DNA from: an uncultured Erysipelotrichaceae bacterium
Lineage (GTDB): Bacteria; Bacillota_I; Bacilli_A; RFN20; CAG-826
Direction: 5' to 3'
Assembly: GCA_902800355.1 (NCBI GenBank)
Contig: CADCEE010000004.1
Coordinates: 16,175 to 80,174, forward strand
Length of the DNA: 64,000 nucleotides
The translations under genes and the position numbers were made by a program. The notes beneath the pieces were generated by a model, which saw nothing but the letters and a program-made list of their open reading frames with translations, did not search any database and had not been told where the DNA came from. Positions 37,195-47,400 of this stretch are shown here, piece by piece; position 1 is the first letter of the stretch, and each line of letters opens with the position of its first letter.

Positions 37195-39336
37195 TTATAG
37201 AACTAGTTCAATAATAGAATGACCGTCTTTATAAAAGTATTTATGAGACTTAGTTAAATCCTTAACAATAATTAAACCAAATCCACCAGGAGCAATTTCT
37301 GAATGGAATTTATCTAGAAATTTCTCTTTATGATTTTTAAATGGATCATAATCTTTCCCATTAGAGGTGATAGTGAGTTTTAAATCGCCATTAACGTATT
37401 CAAAGTGGATATCGATAACTAAATCTTCTCTTTTTTCATAAGAAACAAGATTATTCACTAATTCATCAATAATAATACCTACAGATGATCTAGTTTTCTC
37501 TTCTAAATAAGAGAATGAATCATTAAATTTATCAACAATTTCGTTGATGATGGAATAATCTTTTTTCTCATAGTGGAGATCAAATTCCGCTTTTTTATTT
37601 CTAATAAGAATCATGGTGATGTCATCAAATTGTTCTTTCTTACCAATGAAGTCGTTGAGATTCTTATTAACTTTATTAATCACTTCTTCAAGTGGTAATT
37701 CACTTGTTGAGGCAATAGTCTTTTCAATTCTTTCATAGCCGAATTCTTCTTCACTTGCGTTAATGGATTCATTTAATCCATCAGTAAACATGAATAAGTA
37801 GTCTCCCTTATTAAACTTATGAGATTCTGCTTTAAATTCATATCCTTCTTCAACACCTAATACGATGTTGGATTCTCCGTCTAACTTCGTAACTTTATTA
37901 TCAGAAACAATATAAGGTTTTTCATGTCCTGCATTAACATATTTAATCTCATTCTTCTTAAAGTCAATGACACCGATAAATGAAGTGATGAATAATAATT
38001 CTTTATTATTCTTCGCTAGCATATTGTTCACACTATTAATGGCATCAACAAGATTATCATATGATTCAACAGCGGATTTAATTAATTCCTTGCCCTTCAT
38101 CATGAATAAGCTAGCAGGTATACCTTTACCAGAAACATCACAAATAGAAACAACTAATCGATGGTCATCTAAATAGAAATAATCATAGAAGTCACCACTA
38201 ACTTCTTTAGCAGGTTTAATATACGCTCTTAAAGAGCAATTATAATCATCACATTTGTTATTTGGTAAAGAATCAAGTTGAATCTTACTAGCAATCTCTA
38301 ATTCTGCGTTGATTTTTTCTTTTTCTTTCGCATCTTTCTTAATGATGTCAACATAGTTGACAATCTGGTCTTGCATTAAGATAAAGGAGTCTTCTAATGT
38401 CTTAATTTCATCACGAGATTTAATGTTTGGATTGATCGTTTTAAGTGGTTTATTAGCTTTTAGTTGATTAGAAACATCCACTGCGGCTTTATTTAGCTTA
38501 TTGATGTTTCTAACAAACATAAAATAAGATAAAACTGCATATAAAATAATGACCGCTAATCCACTACCTAAAAGGATCAATATCTCATTTCTTAATATTG
38601 GAGCGTAGTCACTTGAAACTCTACTAGTCTCATAAGCGGCAAATAAATATCCAATGGTCTCTACATCACCGCTATCATCGCTTTTAATCTCGATAAATCT
38701 AGTTTCATAAGACCCTAATCTATAACCTTTAATATAGCTATGTCCAATATCAAATATTTGATCAGTGGGTTTTAAATCATAATGACTACCAACGCAGAAA
38801 TAGAAAACATTCTTTTCCATGGATGTACCCATTCTTGAGTCGGTAATAAAAATAAAACGATTTGGATTAGTTGGGTCTTTCATCGCATAGAAAGTATATT
38901 GAGAAGCATAAAATGAGGCATTAAATAAAGTATCAGTTATATCGTTATAGACTCTTTTAAATTCAAAATAATCTTTGCTACCTGGAAGTCCTTTTGGATA
39001 AAAGTACGGATAAGCATTTTCAAATTCTTTCTCATAATCTTTAAAAGAGGAATAATTTGAAAGTTCAACATTTTTAACGTAATCATATCCTTCTATAACC
39101 TTGTCTCTCACAACTTCAAAAGAGTCAGTTTTACGGGTAGTAGAATCTAAAGCATAATAAGTATTAGCGTATTCTAAAGCAGCAATACCGTCGGCGTTTA
39201 AATCTTCTTTTGCTTTAGAGATCATGTTGTTATAACTAACAACAACAGCGACTGTACCCGCGATAAAAGAAGCGATTATTCCAAGCAAAATCACTTTTAA
39301 AAGAATTGGAAAATGTAAACGCTTCTTATCTTTCAT
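37195..39336 (-). CDS. Membrane sensor - PP2C (SpoIIE/RsbU-type) phosphatase - RsbW-like HATPase fusion protein
   Basis: Two TM helices flank a ~220-aa extracytoplasmic domain. PP2C motifs are ELEIASKIQ, SGDFYDY, CDVSGKG, FTDGL, DDITMI. The C-terminal ~130 aa carry kinase-like N box IDELVNNLVSY and G box GGFGLIIVKDL. Confidence 0.85.
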   Translation of the reverse strand: MKDKKRLHFPILLKVILLGIIASFIAGTVAVVVSYNNMISKAKEDLNADGIAALEYANTYYALDSTTRKTDSFEVVRDKVIEGYDYVKNVELSNYSSFKDYEKEFENAYPYFYPKGLPGSKDYFEFKRVYNDITDTLFNASFYASQYTFYAMKDPTNPNRFIFITDSRMGTSMEKNVFYFCVGSHYDLKPTDQIFDIGHSYIKGYRLGSYETRFIEIKSDDSGDVETIGYLFAAYETSRVSSDYAPILRNEILILLGSGLAVIILYAVLSYFMFVRNINKLNKAAVDVSNQLKANKPLKTINPNIKSRDEIKTLEDSFILMQDQIVNYVDIIKKDAKEKEKINAELEIASKIQLDSLPNNKCDDYNCSLRAYIKPAKEVSGDFYDYFYLDDHRLVVSICDVSGKGIPASLFMMKGKELIKSAVESYDNLVDAINSVNNMLAKNNKELLFITSFIGVIDFKKNEIKYVNAGHEKPYIVSDNKVTKLDGESNIVLGVEEGYEFKAESHKFNKGDYLFMFTDGLNESINASEEEFGYERIEKTIASTSELPLEEVINKVNKNLNDFIGKKEQFDDITMILIRNKKAEFDLHYEKKDYSIINEIVDKFNDSFSYLEEKTRSSVGIIIDELVNNLVSYEKREDLVIDIHFEYVNGDLKLTITSNGKDYDPFKNHKEKFLDKFHSEIAPGGFGLIIVKDLTKSHKYFYKDGHSIIELVL

Positions 39337-39347
39337 TAAAGCTCCTA

Positions 39348-39644
39348 TTATTTAACAGTTAAGATGTTATTAAATCCAGTGACTTTAAAGACTTCTTGAC
39401 AGACCGGATTTAAATTATGGATTTCTAAAGCTTTATTAGAGGCCGCTAAAGATTTCTTTAACGCTAGTAAAGCACGTAATCCAGCAGAAGAAATATATTC
39501 GAGGTCTTTAGCTTCGATGATCACTTTTGCTTCTTTAATTTCTTCCTTAGAAAGAGCGTCAGTGAATTCAACGGAAGTCACTGTATCAAGTCTTCCTTTT
39601 AGAGCTACAACAAGCTCTTCTCCGCGTTTCATACTAATTTCCAT
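39348..39644 (-). CDS. STAS-domain anti-sigma-factor antagonist (SpoIIAA/RsbV-like)
   Basis: 98 aa. DLEYISSAGLRALLAL contains the conserved phosphorylatable Ser context. AAGGAGA SD. Confidence 0.88.
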   Translation of the reverse strand: MEISMKRGEELVVALKGRLDTVTSVEFTDALSKEEIKEAKVIIEAKDLEYISSAGLRALLALKKSLAASNKALEIHNLNPVCQEVFKVTGFNNILTVK

Positions 39645-39648
39645 ATAT

Positions 39649-41406
39649 TTATTCTCCTTTGAGTTTTATTTCAAACACTGTGTTATTTAAGTTAAGTATA
39701 CGCATATAAGTCATCTTATCGGTAATATTTTTGATAAGTTTTAATCCACTTGTAGAATATTCTTCTTTCTCATCAAACTCCACTTTAGTCGGATCAAATG
39801 GCACTCCATCATCCCTTATTCTTAATAATAAGGTATCTTTGAAAAGTTTTAAATTAATATCAATATAATCGTGACTCTTTTTCTTATAGCCATGGTTTAT
39901 GATGTTATCCACCATCTCTTCAGCGGCAAGTCCCACTATTTGGCTTTCTCTATTTGGAATATTATGACTTTTGGCAAATTCAGTAATTTGTTCTGAAACA
40001 ATAGATGCGTTTTGTTCATTGTTATCTAACGAGACATCAAATGATTCAACATCAAGTTTCTCAAGCATGAAAATACCACTACATTTTTTTCGTTTGTTAT
40101 AGAAGTGGATGAAGATATAAACAATTATTACTGTCGCTACTTCATTAATCCAACATGCCATGCAATACCCCATAAGTCCGTTTGTGTGCAGCAACACAAG
40201 CGTTAAAGGTAAGACAATTATTAATTCTCTTAAAAATACAGTAACCATAGATGGAACTGTCTTATCGATGGTTGGATAGTAGTTAGTTGAGAATTTGTTA
40301 ATTTCATATGGGATAAAGGAAATAAGATAAACCCATAAGACAGAATTAATAGTAGCAATATCTCCAGAATAATCCGCTCCAAAGATCGCACAATACGCTC
40401 CTGGGAAAATCAAAACAAATAAAGAAATAAGGACAGTAATTCCAATGTTAATCCAGTAAATTTTTCTTGTTACTGATTTAAGTGAATAATAGTCTTTTTC
40501 TCCATAAAAGATGCCACACAAGTTAGGAATAATATTAAGCACTCCTCCACAAAGTAGGTCAAACAAGAACACCATATTTGAGATTAATCCATAGAGCACT
40601 AATTCATCCCCAGTAAATAATTTTCCGATAAAAATATTGACGATTAGCATTTGAATTGCTGTCAAAAACATATTAATTGCAGAAGCAGAGGTAGCCTTGA
40701 AAATACTCTTAGCCCCACTATTTCTAATATTAAAAGTTAAGGTTAACATTTTCTTTTTACTAGTTAAGTAGAAAATAGTAACAATCGCCCCCACTAAATA
40801 TCCTGCTCCAGTAGATAAGGCAGCACCTAACATTCCATATCCTGAATCTTTCATAACAGTAATAAGTAAGACTTCAAGTCCAACTTTTGCGGCGTTAGAA
40901 ACAATATAGAAAACTGATGATAATTTAGGGCTATTATCTACCGCCATAAAAGATCCAATTAACAACGCATAAGTAATAATTGGATCAGTTAATAAGAAAC
41001 CTAAAATATATTGTCTACAAAGTTCAGTATCTCCTCCAAATAAAGAGGCTAATGGTTCGGCAACAGGGAAAGCAATAAGAGCAAATAATATCGAAATTGA
41101 CATACCAACAATAATAGAGAAAGAGTATGCTTTTTTAGCGCCTATTACATCTCTTTTGCCTAGTAAGGTCGCAACGACTATCGCCCCTCCAATTCCTAAA
41201 GCGAATCCTGGAATTTGTACAATATATAAAATCGGCATCACTAAAGATGACGCACTAAGAGCGGTTGGTCCAAGATAGTTGCCAATTAAAATACCGTCGA
41301 CAAGTGAGCCGAACTGCATCGCAAAAATCATTAAGATTGAAGGAATTAAATAAGTAATGAATTTACGATTAATAAGTTTAGAATTTCTTTTTAATGTTGT
41401 CGTCAT
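39649..41406 (-). CDS. MATE-family efflux transporter fused to a C-terminal RsbW/SpoIIAB-like HATPase domain
   Basis: About 12 TM helices (aa 1-440) with a MATE-like pattern. The C-terminal ~140 aa (nt 39649-40074) carry N box EEMVDNIINHG, G1 RDDGVPFDP and GLKLIKNITDKMTY. The start ATG overlaps the NRPS TGA stop (ATGA). Confidence 0.8.
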   Translation of the reverse strand: MTTTLKRNSKLINRKFITYLIPSILMIFAMQFGSLVDGILIGNYLGPTALSASSLVMPILYIVQIPGFALGIGGAIVVATLLGKRDVIGAKKAYSFSIIVGMSISILFALIAFPVAEPLASLFGGDTELCRQYILGFLLTDPIITYALLIGSFMAVDNSPKLSSVFYIVSNAAKVGLEVLLITVMKDSGYGMLGAALSTGAGYLVGAIVTIFYLTSKKKMLTLTFNIRNSGAKSIFKATSASAINMFLTAIQMLIVNIFIGKLFTGDELVLYGLISNMVFLFDLLCGGVLNIIPNLCGIFYGEKDYYSLKSVTRKIYWINIGITVLISLFVLIFPGAYCAIFGADYSGDIATINSVLWVYLISFIPYEINKFSTNYYPTIDKTVPSMVTVFLRELIIVLPLTLVLLHTNGLMGYCMACWINEVATVIIVYIFIHFYNKRKKCSGIFMLEKLDVESFDVSLDNNEQNASIVSEQITEFAKSHNIPNRESQIVGLAAEEMVDNIINHGYKKKSHDYIDINLKLFKDTLLLRIRDDGVPFDPTKVEFDEKEEYSTSGLKLIKNITDKMTYMRILNLNNTVFEIKLKGE

Positions 41407-44400
41407 AAGTCGGTCCTCTCAAAGAAGCCAAGAGTGTCGAGCGACTCAATCGCATTCTTTAAATATTGATAATCAGTAATCGGCCACTTATATCCTAAGT
41501 GATAAAGGCTCTTATTAGTGAACTCATTATCAGAAAGAATAAAGCTGTGGGTATGCATATCACTACTAGAATAAGAGATTAAGGATGAGACTAACATGCT
41601 CTTAGAATCATCTAGCATCATTTCTTTCATCGATTTTAAGAATTCATCGTCGCTCACTATTTCAATTCCAAATCCAAGTTCATTTAAGACATAGATTATG
41701 TCACCCATCTGCACCATATGTGAGTTAGCAGAGTGATAAACAGTGAATTTAGATGGAGTTTTACTAAGTAAAAGAATAGTCTTAGCAACTTCATCAATTG
41801 GAGAGAAGTCAACTTCAACATCCATAGAATTCACTGGGAATTTCTTAAGCGTAGCGTAGCCTTTTAAGTCTCTCATAAAGCCGTTAGTAATAGAGTTAGC
41901 CTGGAATTCTCCGTCACTTTGTCTACTCATAAGATTACCAACACGGATGATCTTGCCGTCTAATCCATCTTTATCTACGGCTTCAAGTAATGCTTTTTCA
42001 GCATCAAACTTGGAGTGGACATATTTGTTAGATACGTCTTGACCAAAGTCTAACATATCTTCTTTCATCCTAAAGGATGAGTCGAATTTATTATCAATAT
42101 TTTCGCCCGCAACTGAAAGTGTAGAGATTTGAACCAATCTCACTTTCTTCTTTTTAGCGATTTCAATTAAGTTTTTCACTCCTCCAACATTAACGTGTTC
42201 AATAATGTCGTCATTAGCGAAGTGTTTCACTATTGCGGCAGAGTTAATAATTAAGTTGAAATCATAATCTTTAAGTTTTTCACCTAATGTCTCATCAGTG
42301 ACATCCCCATCAACAATAGTGACATATTTATCAACTTCCTCAGTTAAAGGAGAATCAAAATAGTAAGCAAGTAAGCCTAATAAACGATCTTTAGGATTGA
42401 GCTTACCGCCTCTAATTAAAGCGATAGTAGCAACCTTTTGATCTAATAACTCTTTTAAGATGTGGATACCTAAGAATCCTGTAGAACCGGTTAATAAAAC
42501 TTTACTAACTTTATATTCATCTTTTGTGTCATTAACTTCGTCTACAATATTATGGGCCAAACTACCTAGTTCAGCTTTTTGTTCTTTAGCTTCTACTTTA
42601 GTAGGCTCACTAGTGTCTACCCCTGAAAGAGAATTGATATGTTTTTCAAGTTCTAAAACAGTGGAGTAATCAAAGACGTCGCCATAGGCAATTGGTAAAC
42701 CCATATTTAAGGCAAGCATTGCCACTTTAGAAACGCTTAATGATGTACCTCCCATTTCAAAGAAGTCATCATCCACTCCGACATTATCTTTACCTAAAGC
42801 TTTCTTAAATAATGTTAAGAGTTTTTCTTCTAAATCATTAGAAGCAGATTTCACTTCTTTCTTTTCTTCCTTAACTTCAATCTCTGGAAGTGATTTCTTA
42901 TCAATTTTGCCGTTAGGGGTAAGTGGGAATTTATCTAACTGCATCACCACTTTTGGAACCATATATGGAGTTAAGTATTTACCCATATGTTCAAGTAATT
43001 GATCTTTATCAACTTGGCTTGAAGCAGTAAAGTATGCCGCTAAATAATCTCCTTCTGGGCTTTGTTTAACTAAAATAATGCTTCTAGTAACTGAGTTATA
43101 GGAGTTAAGGACTCTTTCAATTTCATCAAGTTCCACTCTTAAGCCTCTTAATTTCACTTGGTTATCAAGTCGACCAAAGAATTCAACGTTACCTTCGCTG
43201 TTGATTCTAGCCATATCACCACTTCGATAAGCTTTTAAGCCGTTAATTTCAATAAAGGCTTCTTTAGTTTTTTCTGGTAAACCCAAATAACCTAAACCAA
43301 CTGATTCGCCGGCAATAGTTAAATCACCAATAGCGTTGATTGGTAAGATATGTCCGTGTTTATCTAAAGTAAATACTTTAGAGTTAGCGACCGGTTTACC
43401 AATAGTCATATATTTATCTTTGACTAAAGCGTATGTTGCGGTAATTGTAGTTTCGGTTGGACCATATCCATTTAAGATATTCGCGTTAACGCCTAAACTT
43501 CTAAGTCGATTACATAGTTCCATAGGTACAGCTTCTGCACCCATATCTAGATATTTAAATCCCTTTAAAGCGTCCACGAAGACATCAATATCTAATAAAT
43601 TAGATACAAAGGATGGAGTCATGAACATATATTTCACATGGTTCTCTTTTAAAGTTTTAGCGAGTAACATTGGATTTTCAATTTCTTCTTCACTGGCAAT
43701 TACTGCGGTATAGCCGTGAGTAAGAGGCACAAATTCTTCTTGCAAAGAAGCGTCAAAAGATAAAGAAGCAAATGAACAGCTCACGCAGTCCTCTCCAATG
43801 TCGCGATAGCAAATTGTCGCTAAGTTAGAGTCATCTAAAACATAGTTAAGTAAATTCTTGTGAGCGATCATCACTCCTTTTGGTTTACCTGTAGAACCAG
43901 AAGTATAAATGACATAGGCCATGGAAGATTGAGGAATCTTAACATCAGGATTATTAATCTCTTTAGACTGTAAAAGATCTTCAATCGCTAAAGTCTTCAC
44001 TTTAGTGGATTTAATTAATTCTTGTTTTTGCTTAATAATTTCACGAGTGGAAATTAATAATTTAGAGCCAGAATCAGTAATAATATAGCTCACTCTTTCA
44101 TCTGGATATTTTGGATCTACAGGAACAAAAGCTCCACCAGATTTCGCAATACCTTGTCTTACAACATATGCTTCTTTAATTCGCGGCATAAACATCACTA
44201 CACAATCCGCAAGTTTCACGCCTTCTTTAATTAAAGCGTGCGCAACTTTATTGGCGGATTCGTTAAGTTCTTGATAAGTTAATTTGCCGTTTTTGGCCAC
44301 TACTGCCACTTTACTTGGTCTATCTATAGCTTGTTTTTCAACTAACTTATTAACAGTAATGTCTTTAGGCATTTCTACTTCAGTTTGATTGAACTTCTCA

Positions 44401-47400
44401 TATTGAGCTTTATCAAACTCAGGGAGGCAATTAATATCTTTGATATTCTTTTTAGTTAATAACTCATTTAAGACTAATTCATATAAGCGTTTAAAGGAGT
44501 CAATTGTGTCTTTAGTGTACACGGCTTGATCCCATTCAAAATGAGCGCGATATTTCTCGTTTTCTAAGAAAATATCTAAACCAAAATCACTCTTAGGAGT
44601 TTCACTTTCCATTAAAATTGGAGTGACTTTAAACCCCCCTAAAGTTTCAAAATTAAAGTTATCTCCTTGATAAGCGAAAATAACATCCGCTTTTAAATTA
44701 TAGTCATTAGCGACATCGCCAAAGGAATATAAATCGTTTTCTTCTAAGCCAGAAAGTAATTCTTGCATTTGTTTAACTTTTGATAAAACTAAATCTTCTT
44801 CCGTATATTTGATATAAACCGGTAAGGTTTTAACAAACATGGAAACACTATTCATCACTTTCGAAGATTTTCTACCGTTATAAATGGTTTCATATAAGGA
44901 ATCATCTTTATAGATGAATTTTGATAATGTAAAAGCAAAAGCGAAGTTAAATAAGGCGTTATTAGTTAGCTTGTTAGACTCAACGTATTTCTTTACTAAC
45001 TCGTTGTCTAAATCTAATTCATAGTCGATAGATTGGAGTTTAGAGATTTCTTCAACCTTTAAATCCTTTTTAAGAGTGTATTCCCCGTCTACATCCTTAA
45101 GAACTTCGTTATAGTAGGCTTTAGCCTTATCTAATTTAGGAGAGGCTAAATCTTCTTTTTCTTGAAGCGCCACTTCATAGCCTGTATAGGTTTCTGGAGT
45201 TAATTTTTCTCCTGAATAAGCTTTATCAATATCACTTAAAATAATAGCTTCAGAAGTGCCGTCACATAAAATGTGATGGAAATCTAAGAAGAGATAGTTT
45301 TCTTTTCCTTCATAAATCTCTACGCGGTATAATTCACCATCTAAAATCGAGAACGGTCTCACTAAAGATTTAATATCAATTTCTTTTTTAAGAATTTCCA
45401 CTTTAGCAGGGTTACTATTTCTTCTAGCGACAATATCCCCACTATCATTCATATGTAAGATAGATTTTAAATATGGATGGTTATCAATAGTTTGACTAAC
45501 CGCTTCTTTTAATTTGGCTAAATCCATCTTTTTATCTAACTTAAATAAGTAAGGGATATTGTAATTAGTGCTATTAGGTTTAGAAACGCATTCAACAAAT
45601 ATTCCTTCTTGAGTTTTAGTAAGAGGATATTCATCTAAAACTTCAAAAGTCTTATCGTCTTCTTTATTTGCTAAAAATTCCGCTAAAGAAGCAATTGTGG
45701 AATGTGCTTTTAAATCACCATTTTCAACAGACTTGTTATATTTCTTTGATAAAAGAATAGTAAACCTAATAGATGATACTGAAGTTAATCCTACTTCAAA
45801 GATGTCATTAGTGACACCAAATTGGTCATGACCTAATACACCTTTTAAGATATCAAAGATATCTTGTTCAGCAGCGTTTCTCGGAGCAACCATTTCTTCA
45901 ACTTTAAGTTCAGGAACTGGTAAAGCTCTCTTATTAACCTTTTGATTTTGGTTAAGAGGAATCTTATCAATCTGCATTGTATAAGCAGGAACCATATAAG
46001 GTGGTTTTTGCTCTAAGATGAAATTATTAAGTTCTTCAACATTAATCTTTTTATCGCTAACTACATAAGCCACGATATATTTCACCCCACTAGGGTCGGT
46101 AAAATCTTTTACAGTGGCGTCTTTAATATCTTTAAAGTCTCTAATCACTTTTTCAACTTCAGAAAGTTCCACTCTAAAGCCACGGATCTTTACTTGTCCG
46201 TCTTTTCTTCCGATAAAGTCAATTGTCCCATCTTCTAATAGACGCACAATGTCACCGGTTTTATATAACTTTTCAAATTTTTCTTCTTTGGTAAACCAGT
46301 TAGATAAGAACGCTTCGCTATTTTCTTTTTCTCTATTTAAATAGCCTCTAGCAACTTGAGGTCCAGAGATATATAGTTCTCCACTAGTTAAAATTGGTAA
46401 TCTCTTTTTATTCTTGTCTAAGATATAAATCTTATAATCACTCAAGCATTTTCCAATCGGGATACGGTGATAGAATTTGTCCACTAATTGGAGGGTGCAG
46501 AAGACTGTACCTTCGGTAGGTCCATATAAGTTATAGAATTTATAGCCTTTAGGAGGATCCATAGGTACTAACTTTTCTCCTCCAACAGCGAAATATTTTA
46601 ATGATTTCACTTCAATCTCACTAGCGAATTGTCTACCAACTTGAGTAGTCATAAAAGCGTGAGTGATTTGATTTTTATTATAATATTCACCTAATTCCAC
46701 TAAATTGAGTCTCATCTCATCAGGAATGATATAGACAGTGGCCCCACTAGTTAATGATGGGTATAAATCCATCATATCTGCGTCAAAGCCATAACTAGCA
46801 TAGGCTGCACTTCTATTACCGACGCCTAGATTAAATTCTTGGCGGTAATATCTCACAAAACTAAAGATGTTGCCATGCTCTAACATCACACCTTTAGGAA
46901 CTCCTGTGGAGCCAGAAGTATAAAGCATGATAAATAAATCTTTAGGGGATGGTCGAGTTTTAATTTCTGTATTATCTTTTAAAGATAAAAGTTCATCAGT
47001 AAATAACTCTTTACCTTTAAAGTCATCCACTAAATCATTAAGTTCTCTATCTCTAATTAAGATAATGGCACTAGAGTCTTTAACCATGAAAGTTAATCTA
47101 TCTTTTGGATAAGTTGGGTCTAATGGCTGATAAGCTGCTCCAGACTTGATAACACCTAAAGAAGCTAAAACGATATATTCAGATTTCTTCACTAAAATAG
47201 AAACAACTTTCTCTTTTTTAGCTCCTAATCTAATTAATTCATTAGCGATTCTAGTAGAGATCTCATCAACTTCCTTATAAGTGTACTTTTTATCTTTAAA
47301 AACTACCGCCACTTCGTTAGGATGTTTTTTCACTACATCTAAGAAGTCATCTAAGATGGTTTTACCATCTTCAATATATGGGAAATTGGTATTATTAAAG

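Noticed and set aside
43336-43713. Antisense or alternate-frame ORFs inside long CDSs. Examples: 43336-43713, 42460-42669, 46114-46344, 47281-47577 in the NRPS; 15819-16247 and 15121-15411 in the permeases; 13185-13592 in the lipoprotein; 52111-52530 in the nuclease; 7963-9720 in feoB; 6290-6481 in cls.
   Set aside because: All are fully nested in much longer ORFs with clear family motifs. They have low-complexity Ser/Leu/Ile-rich translations and lack SD sequences, so they are shadow ORFs.
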